The notes under the pieces were generated by a model. The model was not told the origin of the DNA, searched no databases, and worked only from the letters and a program-made list of their open reading frames with translations. The position numbers and the translations under genes are program-made. Below, piece by piece: positions 24,375-36,931 of a stretch of 64,000 bases of DNA (positions within the stretch are counted from its first letter, which is position 1; every line of letters starts with the position of its first letter). This DNA is from Macrostomum lignano (taxonomy: Eukaryota): NCBI GenBank assembly GCA_002269645.1, contig NIVC01001948.1, positions 241,953-305,952 on the forward strand, in the 5' to 3' direction.

Positions 24375-25340
24375 AGTCAATCATCTAGATAAACTTTCCT
24401 AGAAACCGTTATGTAGATAAACTTTCCTAGAATCTGTCATCTGGAGAACTTTTCCTAGAATCAGTCATCTAGAGACCTTTTCCTAGAATCAGTCATCTGG
24501 AGAACTTTTCCTAGAATCAGTCATCTGGAGAACTTTTCCTAGAATCAGTCATCTAGAGACCTTTTCCTAGAATCTGTCATCTAGAGACCTTTTCCTAGAA
24601 TCTGTCATCTAGAGAATCTTTCCTAGAATCAGTCATCTAGAGAACTTTTCCTAGAATCTGTCATCTAGAGAACTTTTCCTAGAATCTGTCATCTGGAGAA
24701 CTTTTCCTAGAATCAGTCATCTAGAGACCTTTTCCTAGAATCTGTCATCTAGAGACCTTTTCCTAGAATCTGTCATCTAGAGAACTTTTCCTAGAATCTG
24801 TCATCTGGAGAACTTTTCCTAGAATCAGTCATCTAGAGACCTTTTCCTAGAATCTGTCATCTAGAGACCTTTTCCTAGAATCTGTCATCTAGAGACCTTT
24901 TCCTAGAATCTGTCATCTAGAGACCTTTTCCTAGAATCTGTCATCTAGAGAATCTTTCCTAGAATCAGTCATCTAGAGAACTTTTCCTAGAATCTGTCAT
25001 CTAGAGAATCTTTCCTAGAATCAGTCATCTAGAGACCTTTTCCTAGAATCAATTATCTAGAGAATTCTTTCTTAGAATCAATCATCTAGAGAATTCTTTC
25101 CTAGAATCCATCATCTAGAACTTTTCCTAGAATCCATCATCTAGAGAATTCTTTCCTAGAATCAATAATCTAGAGAACCTTTCCTAGAATCCATCATCTA
25201 GAACTTTTCCTAGAATCCACCATCTAGAGAATTCTTTCCTAGAATCAGTAATCTAAAGAACTTTTCCTAGAATCAATCATCTAGAAAATCATTCCAAGAA
25301 TCTGTCATCTATACAACCATTCCTAGAATCAATAAAGAAC
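24375..25340. repeat. 28-bp minisatellite (TCATCTAGAGAACTTTTCCTAGAATCTG) between RPL13 and VPS9D1
   Basis: About 34 units. Confidence 0.95.
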
Positions 25341-25565
25341 ATTTCTCAGAATTCCTAGAAAAAACATTTTAGAAACTTTCGTATTTCCGCATAACAGAAA
25401 AAAAAACAAGAAAGACTTGAAATTTTTAATCCATCAATCAAATTGGGCACGCGCAAGTGTATTTAACGGTGTCAATTTTATTCAAGTTGTTAGTTAAGCT
25501 TTTAACGCACAAAGTGAGAAACAGCCACCATTAGATCAGCTATATAGCTCAGCTCAGTTAACTCA

Positions 25566-26189
25566 TCACTTCTTCTCCTTCTCAGCCTGCTCGGCTTTCT
25601 TCTTGCGCAGTCCGTCGAGCCGCTTGTTCGCCCGAGCCTGTCGGATAGCGTGGAAGGCGTGGAACTTCTTGTCGTCCTCCGATTGGACGCGAGCCTTCAC
25701 GCGGCGCAGTCGGCGGCCCGGAGCCACCACAGGCGGCAGCGGACGCTGTACAACAGAACGGAGCTCCTCCTCCGAAGCTTCGCCAGCCTTCGGCGCCTTG
25801 GGATTCTTCGGGAATAGGATCAGCTTGCCGCGGTAGGCCTTCAATCGCTGGGCATTGCGCTGCAGACTCTCGGCTGAGCGATTCTTGCGCCGATGATCAA
25901 CGGCGATGCCGATGGTTTGGGCGAGTCGGCGATTGATGCCGGCGGCCTTGAGCTCGTCCAGGCTGAAGCCGCGGCCGGGGCGGACACGCATGTTGTACCT
26001 GATGGTCTGGCAGCGGACCACCGGGCGAAGAGGCCCGTTCACTGGCCGGGGCGCTATAAGGCGCGCCTTCTCGACGCGAGCTTTACGACGGCGCTCCTTG
26101 CGAGCGGGCTGGTTGAACCAGGTGCGAACAAAGCGCTGCCAGTCCTTGTGGAAGTGGGCATTCGGTATGATGTTCTTGCGCTTCACCAT
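25566..26189 (-). CDS. RPL13: 60S ribosomal protein L13 (eL13), 207 aa, intronless CDS
   Basis: [59 protein letters not shown]; ATG at 26189; acceptor at 26200; AATAAA near 25478. Confidence 0.98.
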   Translation of the reverse strand: MVKRKNIIPNAHFHKDWQRFVRTWFNQPARKERRRKARVEKARLIAPRPVNGPLRPVVRCQTIRYNMRVRPGRGFSLDELKAAGINRRLAQTIGIAVDHRRKNRSAESLQRNAQRLKAYRGKLILFPKNPKAPKAGEASEEELRSVVQRPLPPVVAPGRRLRRVKARVQSEDDKKFHAFHAIRQARANKRLDGLRKKKAEQAEKEKK

Positions 26190-26329
26190 GGCGACCGGAA
26201 CTGCATGCAAATCTGCAATTGCAAAAGTCAAACTTTGTTATTACTATGAGTAGGTTGACTGGATTATTTGTTTTTTTATTGAAGAAGTTAGATCTAAACT
26301 ATTAGTTAGAGGACTCAAATGGGGACCTT

Positions 26330-26560
26330 TGACCAACATTTCTGAGCTAAAGGATATTGATGCTATTCAAACAAATTTCTACAAATACCTTTTCAACCTA
26401 CCGAAGCATCTTTTTAGCAATAGTATTATTTAAGCTGAACTCAGCATCTTGCCAATTTCCTACACCAGATCCATAAAGCCTTTTAAATTTATTTAGTTAA
26501 AACTAAGACACAAAAACACTATCAACACCCCCATTGAACTCTGAAGCAAACACAAGCTCA
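26330..26560 (+). mobile_element. Decayed non-LTR retrotransposon fragment (RT C-terminal region)
   Basis: Translates as IQTNFYKYLFNLPKHLFSNSII*AELSILPIS, resembling the F.K.IL.LP...N...RAELG..P motif of LINE ORF2 C-termini. Confidence 0.35.
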
Positions 26561-26919
26561 CAAAATCTATGGAAAACTAATAATGTAACTAAAATACTAC
26601 ATGGCATCAATTTGGAATGCATGACCACAATGAACCCAGACAAAAAATCTCTGTTTTACATTACCTTCCCACTCCCAAATCTTATATACATGCCAGAAAA
26701 TTCCAACATATAACAGATAAATTTTACTATATGAATGATATATAGCTGATACAACTGCATAATCTTGTAGTTGACAATAATAATTGTGAGTGGCTGTGGC
26801 ACTAAAATGAGTGCCTGCGGCACTAAAATGGGACCTGCAATGCCAATCTATGACATTGTTTTATTAATTACCTTATTTTATATAAAAAATGATCAAATTT
26901 TGCAATTGATTTGTTTGAG

Positions 26920-27200
26920 GCGGAAGGCCTTTTAGTTCGATAGATGGTATGGCAGCGAAGAGTTTGTGCTGCTTTGCGCGTGTATTTATATATTTACAAA
27001 CAACGCCAGATTGAGGGGCCAAGCCAAGGGAGGTGCGAAACAGGTGGCGTGGCGTGATTGGCTATGCCAACCCCCCCGGCTTAGCGAGCCGGCTAGCTTG
27101 GCGCGTACCCACCCCACCTCAGCTATAGACATAGGCGGGGGGGGGGGTTTCCAGTGCGGCTGCACTGGTGCTGCCGGTCGCGTAGTCTGGCCGCCACATG
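26920..27200 (-). promoter_or_regulatory. GC-rich island, probable RPL13 promoter or first exon
   Basis: Local GC/CpG-rich block with a CCAAT box (ATTGG on +) upstream of RPL13 in AT-rich surroundings; inferred from position. Confidence 0.35.
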
Positions 27201-27749
27201 TTACTAATATTACTGCATGCCATAGGTTAAATGTTCTAATGCAAATATTCCATGCAAATGCGTCATCCATATGCATACTTAACTCTAATTCTAACCCATA
27301 GACATCTGTGTGTTGATGAATCTTGAGTATTTGTGTTATGCAACCATATATGCATCTACATAGGTTATTCATCCTAGCAAAATGCATCAGGAACAAGAAC
27401 TACTATAGTCCTTATGGAGTCATGAAAATTAGTGAACTGTGTCCACAAGTTCCCACTCCTCTACCCTGCTATGTGTAGTCAACCAAAGCTAATCCCCTAT
27501 AACAAGTCTTGATATCTAATAATGCTCTTGGAGAATATCATGCACAATTCACATGCATCATACCATATTGTATAATGAATTTCACTCTGTCATGCTTAAT
27601 ACTAGGCTTCTGTAAGCTGGTCTAAAAGGAAGCAATACCTATCAAAGAAATGGCAAAATGATATATGTTCTATTTCTATGACATATATTATTCTATAATT
27701 CAAATCCAAAAAGAAATATTGTGTATATCTATCATACTTATCAGTCATT

Positions 27750-28628
27750 AGTATAGCATTTTGCAGTCAAGCCTGAACCGCGGGCATTCAAATTAGACGC
27801 TTGACCAGATCTCACTGCTGGCACAAATGCTATCTATGGCCTAGACAAAATCACACTGGTGGGCACTCAATTTAGACAAGGGGCATTCAAATTAGACAAG
27901 TTCTCAGGCGCATTGGCTGGGCAATTCAAGATCGTGTTGCATCTGTTGTCAGACAACCATTCTGTGAACCCTGAACTATGAAGATAAGAACAAGTTATAA
28001 CAAAGTAAGCATGTGTGAACAAACAAAACAGGGTGCTCAGCACATCAATGAACAAGAGTCTCACAAGAGTCTCATCTGATAGAGAATTCAAACGATGTCT
28101 TCATTTGCCAGACAGCGTGGGATGAAGCGGAGCGTGTGCTGATACCAGTGAACGCACTTCAGTGTAGTCACGTCATCCATCGCGATTTCCCCGCACCTCT
28201 GCAGCACCATCAGTCTCCATTGAATGGCAGTCATGTCAGGAGGCGGAACAGCCAATTCTCTCTGAACTTCAGGATTGGACAGCTGCCTCTTGACTGCTGA
28301 TTTAAAGGCACTGTGAGCCAGTTCAACTGGGTTCAGGAAAGGAGAGTAAGGTGGTAAGATCTTCAGTTCAATTCGACCAACCCACTCCTCCGGGATTTGC
28401 AATCCGTCGTGGATTGTCCATGGTCTTTCTCTCTGGCACACATAGACTTTCCGCTGCTTGTCTAATTTGAATGCCCATTGTCTAAATTGAGTGCCCGTCA
28501 GTGTGTTTCAGTTTGTGCCACAGACATAAAGTTCTGCTTGACTTGGGGATGGATTCTGAAATTTGGCTCTTCCCTTCTTGTCTAATTTGAATGCCCGCAG
28601 TTCAAACTTGACTACAAAATGCTATACT
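27750..28628 (-). mobile_element. Internally deleted IS630/Tc1-mariner transposon
   Basis: Long TIRs AGTATAGCATTTTG.AGTCAAG..TGAAC.GCGGGCATTCAAATTAGAC at both ends with inner GGGCATTCAAATTAGACAAG repeats; residual ORF 28088-28441 contains LPPYSPFLNPVE (DDE_3 third-acid motif); the ends can be read with TA flanks. Confidence 0.88.
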
Positions 28629-29811
28629 TAGTGAGTTGCAAGATTTAGATTTGACTAAGCTTGAAAAGAAGACTTTTGACTCTTTATAATCAATTATTCT
28701 TTACATGTATAATATTTGTTTTAGGAGTATATTATAATATATGTTTTTTCTTTGTGTTTGCAATGTTTTAATTGCAATTTTTAGTGGCAGCATAGGGCAA
28801 GAACAAATGTCATTTTAGGCTAGTGAAGCATTGTTTAGATTGCTATTTTATAGAAGTTTAAACAGAATCCAAAATCTTAAAATAATCAAGATGGCATAAT
28901 TTATTATTGAAGTTTCATACTTTTCATTTTTATCATTTTCATTTAGAAATAAAAAAACAAATTTTGATTAAATTGTTTGTGTGGTATAACTTGAAAAATT
29001 ATTGAAAACATTTTATATTTTTTGTAATTTTCTAATAAATAAACAAAGCACCTTTGCTCGTATTTGAATTTATCATCAAATGTAAACCAAAAGTAAGTAT
29101 AGGCCCTAACATTTTCACTTTTATCAATAAATAAACCTAAAATAAAAAACTATTTTAAGAAATCTAGTCATTTCTAGAAATTGAATTAGAAATGGAATGT
29201 ATTATAACAATTGATTATGACTATTCATATTTTATAAGTCAGAAATGTTATTATTGATCAAACATTATAATATATACTTAGAAAGTTAGTAAAGTAACCA
29301 TTGATCAAACATTGTATACTTGGGAAATCAGTAAATTAACCATTGATATATCAAACATTGTATACTTGGGAAGTTAGTAAAGTAACCATTAATAAAACAT
29401 TGCATATTGGGAAAATCAATAAAGTAGGCCTAACTATAAAAAACATGACATACTTTCTAAAACAACTATATATCCATTAGAATAAAACATGGAGACTTTT
29501 AAAATAGGCCTATTCCTACAACTTACATGGTAAACTTGGCAAATATATGTATTATTACTTGCAATTAAAGACCAATGTCTATTTTCCAAGTACTTTCCAA
29601 GTTAGTAATGCTTTTTCTAGGTATTAACTAGGCCTAATAACTAGGCTTACCCTATCAAGTTAGTCATCTCCAATGGCGGATCCATAGAAGGGGAGGTTGC
29701 CTCCCCCTTTTGCCATGGCTAAACTTGCATATAAGGGGGGAGTATTGCACTTTTTGGCTTATTTAGAGTTAGGCCAATCTACCCAGGATTGCCACTCCCC
29801 TAGGAATTACA

Positions 29812-30320
29812 ATCACTTTGGCAACAAGTCACTTTGGCAACAGTCACTTTGGTGACAAGTCACTTCAGCGACAGTCATTTTGGTAACACATTTGGATCAC
29901 TTTGGCAACAATTAATAACAGCTAAAGGACATATTTTTTGCCAATGAAACTTCACAATTAAAAAGTATGATTTATCCTGCCCCCTCCACGCCTCATGCCA
30001 CCTTTCTTATCCCTATTCTAATCTAATTAGTTAACATACGAGTACATAGTAGGCCTAATGCATGCACATTTACAATCCCCCCACTAGAGCTTATATTAAA
30101 CCGCCTTCTACTTATTAAATTGAAAATAAATATACCTAGCTAAATACCTAAATATATATAAATATAAACTTGTATTGCTTTTTTATTCATGCAGTTTCAT
30201 TGGCAAAAATTATTGTATTATAAATACATTTTTAGCTATTATTAATTGTTGCCAAATTGATCCAAATGTGTTGCAAAAATGACTGTCGCCAAAGTGACCT
30301 ATTGCCAAAATGATCAGTGA
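29812..30320. mobile_element. Foldback/MITE-like element with ~140-bp inverted arms built of GTCACTTTGGCAAC repeats
   Basis: 29812-29953 is the reverse complement of ~30192-30320; no TSD resolved. Confidence 0.6.
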
Positions 30321-30572
30321 CCTCTCCTGGGAGCCTAGGCCTACTTTAAAAATCCTGGATCTGTTACAGGTCATTTCAAGGTTTTTTTTGCTGAAAAATT
30401 TAGTTTTTTGTGGCCACAGGGGGGGGTTAGTTAATTGGCAGTTGATGAAATGATCATAGGCAAAAATAAAAAATTTAAAAAAATGAGCTCTAGCCTCTAA
30501 GTACAACTTACAAGTCTAATATCAGGCCTAGACTTGTAAAACACATTTATAAATCAACCTACAAAGGCTGCT

Positions 30573-31058
30573 GGCATAACTATGGTTTTGTTCGTTATAT
30601 TATTTTATTTAAAAAAGCAAAAAGTTCTTAGAGATTACGACAAACTGTACTCGGAGAAGTTCAGAAAAGATGACCCACCACCAAAAAAGTTCAAATTAGA
30701 GTTCGAAGTCACGAGAAAGATAATTAGAGGGGATAATAATGTGACACCCAGTAGAGAAAGTTGCCAAACACATTCTGTGGATATAGACGGCGCCACAGAA
30801 ATTCCTGCAGATGAGTTTCGAATAGACCATCACTCGTCCCGTACATGTTGCAAAACTTCGCCTTGCAATGTGCACCCACGTTCCCTCGATAATGTTCGTA
30901 TGAACCTTTGGGTCCTGGGGGTCCACAAAATGGAGCCGGTGGTTTACAGACGCGTGGAATGATTGTCGTAGGAGCCGGTGGTCGTCCAGCCATTTCTTCG
31001 TACGCTGGAACAAATTTGAAACAAGAAATAATATAACGAACGAAACCATAGTTATGCC
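30573..31058 (-). mobile_element. Merlin (IS1595/ISXO2-like) deletion derivative
   Basis: TIR GGCATAACTATGGTTT.GTTCGTTATATTATTT; 8-bp TSD AGGCTGCT/AGGCTGCC; frameshifted transposase C-terminus HASVNHRLHFVDP..VHTNIIEGTW..K..FETHLQEFLWRR. Confidence 0.88.
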
Positions 31059-34000
31059 AGGCTGCCTAGTACCTACTAGGCCTACTATTAGAAAGGGACA
31101 TAATCATTGTCCAAACTGGCATCATTATAATATGCCGTGTTTTCTAGGTCAAATTTGTAGACAAGACATTGACAAGACACTGACTGTCTGACTTGAACTA
31201 GCCTAGAACTAGTGAAGGCTCTGTTGCCCTCGCAATGAGTCCTCATCAGATTCAGCAACATACTGAATAACATGGATAGGCCTACTAAAATTAAACTAGA
31301 AAACTTGCAAACGAAAGAGGTCCTTAAAACGTTCTAAGGACTAGGCCTAACCAATTTCAATTTCAAACTTATACTAAGACAGGCAATGATTAGTCTGCTT
31401 TAAGCTAGACGTGTAGAAACATGAAATCTTGCTTGGCCTATAAATGATTTAAAATTGTTACAATGTATAACAAACCAAAATTCTCTATAATTAAGCAACG
31501 TCAGTTGGTAAAAGGCATTATGTGTTTTTACTTATTTAAAAATATTCTTTCATTAAAGTCTACTAATATTGTAATTACAGTTTTTAAAATAACGAAAAGT
31601 CTGTTGAAATATTTCAAGAAAAAAATACTAATGCTATAGCAAGCAACTTTGCAAGCCTCTCACGTAAGGCGGGCGGTCGGGAGTCGGGACTAACAATAGC
31701 TGGCTATGCCACTATGCTAGCCTGCTTAAAGATAAACATCGAATACTAAACTTTGTCTTATACTAAGTTACTAAGTTTTTACATATTTTGCCGTTAGATA
31801 AGTTCTCAGTCTAAGCCCTAAAAGGGAGACTAAGGTCTACTATCTGATGATCTAAATATTTGATAATTAGGCTTAAGTCAGAAATTTTAGGTCTTTATAT
31901 TTTATTAGGCCTCATTGGCCCCCTAGGCCAAACTTTAAAGTTCACTAATAAAAGATAAAAAATAATTGTTTCATCTTAGACTTAGGCCTAGTTAGAATTA
32001 GATTAGAATTATAGGCCTATATAAAATTAAAATAGGCCTATAAAAATAGGCCTAGGGGGACTACTATTAGAAAAAAGCAAAGAATATTTCATATTTGCAT
32101 TTCATAGGCCCTTATGATACTTTTTTGTATTATGTAGGCCTAAAGATGCATTATGTAAAGAAGTATCTATTTTCCATGCCATGCCTTACCTTTATATCAT
32201 AGATATATTAGGCCTAGGCCTAGCCTATAGAATTAAGCAACTTCTAGCTAGCTAGGGCCTATTGGCTTAGCCAATAATAAAATTTATTAGCTACTAGCTA
32301 TTAGCTATTAGTTTACTAGCTAGCCTAATTTAAGCTGTCTACTAGGCCCTAGCATCTAGAATTTTATTGTTTCCCCTTGACTTTACACTTACATGGTTAT
32401 ACAAATTAAATCAAGTAGGGCCTAATTATCTTGCTAGTTCGATGCAATAAGCTTTTTATTAGTTGGCTATAAATCTTTTGATATAATCAAATTTAAATTA
32501 GCTATGAAGTTTCTCACTATATGCAATTAAATTAGGCTTAGTAATAGTTAGTTGGATACAAATGCATTAAAAAAGCCTATTTAAAACAGTTTTCAAATAT
32601 TTAATCCCACTTAGCAATGAGCTAGAACTTAATAAAAATATATTTATCAATTATCATCTTGGGCACATTTGATATGTTTTGGGGAAGAAATTATAAAAAT
32701 CAACTAAAAGCCTTTTAGGAGATTATCATTTGTATATAAGCAAGCAAACATATATAAACTTTTTATTTTTAGTATATTTCTTGCTCTTAGGCAATTTACT
32801 GCTCTAAGGAAATCTTCTTTAGACTATTAAGTAATTTTGACTTTCAATGGGTTTTAATTCTCCCAATGTTGGGGTCTCTTATAAAAAAATAAAAGAAATA
32901 AACTGGATAACAAACTTGATTAGTAAGCCTATCTTTCCAAATTGGAAGTTGATTATAAATGTTTACAAGCAGTTAGAAATACCAAGTTGTTGCTCTTTTA
33001 GTTTTTAGGCTTTTATTTATATTGGCTGTAAAGTCAGTTTCATACCATTATATAGGCCCTACCATTAGAACAAATTTATTTATAAAATATTTTTTGGAAA
33101 CACTAATTCAATGAAAATTAAGGTTAAGCTTTAAATGCAGTATTTTTAAAAAAAAGAATAAGTTTTGAAGAAGAATATACAAGAAAAGAATAAGCCCTAT
33201 ACTAGGTCTATATAATGAATGCTATATTACTAAGCCTATAAAAAGAGCACTATGTCACTAGCATATTCAAAAGAAAATAATTATTAATTTTTAGTATATG
33301 GATTAATTGATCAATATTACTAAATTAAACAAGCGAACTAGATATACAAATTATTTTCTTGTAAGTATATTTCAAGTATTTTAAGTATATACTTCAAAAA
33401 ATAACTTTAGGACTTAAAGACTAATTTGAGCTTTTAATTTCATTGACTAGTAAAAAGTAAATCAATAAAAATAACTAGGTAAGTAGATGTTGTTAGTGGT
33501 ATTACAAACCTTTTAAAAGGAACTTTAAGTCATAGGTTAGAAAGATTTTCAATGCTTTATATTATGAATAAGATGAATATGATTGGGATAATAAGGTTAA
33601 GTATAGATATAAAAGGTTTTATTTGAACACATGAATATACCATAAATAAATAATATATTATAAATGAGTTTTAAGTAAACTTTTGCTTTAATTCTTTATT
33701 TTCTCATTATATTTTATTAAGTGATAGAAGAACCATTGCTATTGGAATTAATATCAATTTAAAGTTTAAGGAAGTTATAGGAAATTAAGTAGCTATAGAT
33801 ATTGATTGATATAAATAAACTATGGGAAAAATTAGTGCTACCACTATAGATACAAATATAGGCAATTGTCGGTTATAGTAGAACTCTAAGAATTAATATA
33901 TTGTAATTACATAATCAATAATATAATCTGGATTAATATAAAAATATATATATCTTCCTAATAATCATAATATACTACCTAAATGATAAAATAGTAGTCA

Positions 34001-34786
34001 AAGTTCTTAAACATATAAGTGTATACAATATTATTGTCCTGTATATTATAGGCCCTATTATTTAACCTTTCAGTAATAATATATTTTTAGTATGGCTTAG
34101 TTATAAACCAAATATATTTTTATAAAATGAATTATTTATATTAGATGACCTTGTTTGTTCATTATATGCTCAAAGTACCTTGATAGCATTGGCATAGTTA
34201 TGATGTATGATAATTAAAATTTAAACCTCCAAGTAATTGATATGCTTGCATTAGTTGGCATTGGTAATCCCTAAGTATGTCTATGTTATTTAGTATTCCT
34301 CATTTGTATTATAACATGGAATATCTAAAAGAGCAGATTGAGCAAATTGCCTAATAAAATGATTATTTATGCAATAGTGCTTCATCTCACATGCCAGAAA
34401 CACAATTTAACATAATTTCAAGTGTTTATCTTATTGAGAGAAATCCCTACCTAAAAAATTTTATCTAAAGGTTTTGAAATTTGAGATTTTTATTTTTCTA
34501 TTTTGATTGGATTTTTTAAATAAAAGTAAGCCTTTTTGTCAACTGAAATGTTAAATGTAGTAAAATGTTAAGTTAGCCATGCATGCACCTGTAAAGTAAA
34601 ACTCAATTGAAGCATTCTGGTAGGGATTTGTTAGTCAGACAAGTGCTTAGATTTTTGTCTGATGTGTTTTAGACATAGGATGAAGCACTTTGTAGTTCGC
34701 ATAACCATTGTATTTGAATTTTTTTGGTCAATCCGCACTTCTAGATGCACCATAGTTGCTATTTTAATCTCTGAACTCCCGCAGAC

Positions 34787-35104
34787 ATGGCCCCAGCCTA
34801 TGAGATCTGTGTCGGCCTGAAAAAGGGCCACCGCATCACGGCCAACACGCCTCGCCCCAAGCCAGCCAATCGTCGGGGCAAAAGTACTAAAAATAGCAAA
34901 TTTGTCCGTTCCGTTATTCGCGAAATTGTCGGCTACGCGCCGTACGAGAGGCGAATTGTTGAACTGTTGAAAATCTCCAAGGACAAGCGGGCGCTGAAGT
35001 TTGCTAAGCGTCGGCTTGGATCGCATCTGCGCGCCAAACGCAAGCGCGAAGAGATGGTGCGAGTTGTGCAGGCGCAGCATCGCAAGAAGGAACAGAAGGA
35101 GTAA
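34787..35104 (+). CDS. RPL36: 60S ribosomal protein L36 (eL36), 105 aa
   Basis: [64 protein letters not shown]. Confidence 0.98.
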   Translation: MAPAYEICVGLKKGHRITANTPRPKPANRRGKSTKNSKFVRSVIREIVGYAPYERRIVELLKISKDKRALKFAKRRLGSHLRAKRKREEMVRVVQAQHRKKEQKE

Positions 35105-35271
35105 CTTGACCCGATGACCCTTGCCATCTGTGGCTCTTTAATGTCGAGTTATGTTGTGTCCTAATTCAATTATACAGAACACTCGACAAATGCTTGGATT
35201 GAAAAAAAAACCTTTTTGTGTTAACAATTAAGCGACTGTCTTTTGTTGTTCATATTGCCTTTGTTATTTAT

Positions 35272-36490
35272 AATCTAGAACACCAGTGTTTGTACAGGTG
35301 CCAGAATCTAGAACATCAGTGTTTGTACAGGTGCCAGAATCTAGAACACCAGTGTTTGTACAGGTGCCAGAATTTAGAACACCAGTGCTTGTACAGGTGC
35401 CAGAATCTAGAACACCAGTGTTTGTACAGGTGCCAGAATCTAGAACATCAGTGTTTGTACAGGTGCCAGAATCTAGAACACCAGTGTTTGTACAGGTGCC
35501 AGAATCTAGAACACCAGTGTTTGAACAGGTGCCAGAATCTAGAACACCAGTGTTTGTACAGGTGCCAGAATCTAGAACACCAGTGTGAGTACAGGTGCCA
35601 GAATCTAGAACATCAGTGTACAGGTGCCAGAATCTAGAACATCAGTGTTTGAACAGGTGCCAGAATTTATCTAGAACATCAGTGTACAGGTGCCAGAATT
35701 TATCTAGAACATCAGTGTACAGGTGCCAGAATCTAGAACACCAGTGTGAGTACAGGTGCCATAATCTAGAACACCAGTGTTTGAACAGGTGCCAGAATCT
35801 AGAACACCAGTGTTTGTACAGGTGCCAGAATCTAGAACACCAGTGTGAGTACAGGTGCCAGAATCTAGAACATCAGTGTTTGAACAGGTGCCAGAATTTA
35901 TCTAGAACATCAGTGTACAGGTGCCAGAATCTAGAACACCAGTGTGAGTACAGGTGCCAGAATCTAGAACTTCAGTGTACAGGTGCCAGAATCTAGAACA
36001 CCAGTGTTTGTACAGGTGCCAGAATCTAGAACACCAGTGTGAGTACAGGTGCCAGAATCTAGAACTTCAGTGTACAGGTGCCAGAATCTAGAACACCAGT
36101 GTGAGTACAGGTGCCAGAATTTATCTAGAACATCAGTGTACAGGTGCCAGAATCTAGAACACCAGTGTGAGTACAGGTGCCAGAATCTAGAACACCAGTG
36201 TAAGTACAGGTGCCAGAATCTAGAACTTCAGTGTACAGGTGCCAGAATCTAGAACACCAGTGTGAGTACAGGTGCCAGAATCTAGAACACCAGTGTTTGT
36301 ACAGGTGCCAGAATCTAGAACACCAGTGTGAGTACAGGTGCCAGAATCTACAACACCAGTGTGAGTACAGGTGCCAGAATCTAGAACTTCAGTGTACAGG
36401 TGCCAGAATCTAGAACATCAGTGTACAGGTGCCAGAATCTAGAACACCAGTGTTTATACAGGTGCCAGAATTTATCTAGAACATCAGTGT
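35272..36490. repeat. 33-bp minisatellite (TCTAGAACACCAGTGTTTGTACAGGTGCCAGAA) with 29-33 bp variants
   Basis: Tandem units between RPL36 and NPL; accounts for the CQNLEHQCLYR ORFs. Confidence 0.95.
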
Positions 36491-36931
36491 CAGTACAAGC
36501 GTCGAGTCTAATGCAATGTAAACATGTAATGCATACGGTCTTCTGGTAAATCAAGTTCTCCAGATTGTTTATGTAACGCCAAAATCCAATAGAGTGAGGT
36601 ACTTTTAATGCGTGTACATGGAAAGTTATTCAAATAAAAACTCTTGAGCTCCTCAACAGCCGCTGATATGCATTTGGGCACATGTGCTAAAATACTGTAC
36701 CCAATCAATCTGCCGCAGTGTAACTAGAGAAGTCGGTAATATTGTTGAATAATTCAAAGACATTTTCGTTCGAGGCACGCATGCATTTACTTGAAACTTG
36801 AAACAAACGTGTCTTATTCCCACCCGGAAGCTAGCGTATAAAATAACACTCAAAACACCCCAACAGGTGTTTCAGCCCTACTACTCGAGTGGTTCTCGTT
36901 ACTCGTTACTCGTTACCAGTCAAGTTTAACA

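Noticed and set aside
26200-34780. Intronic snoRNAs in the RPL13/RPL36 5' regions
   Set aside because: No convincing C box / D box pair with a terminal stem was found by eye; snoscan or Infernal would be needed.
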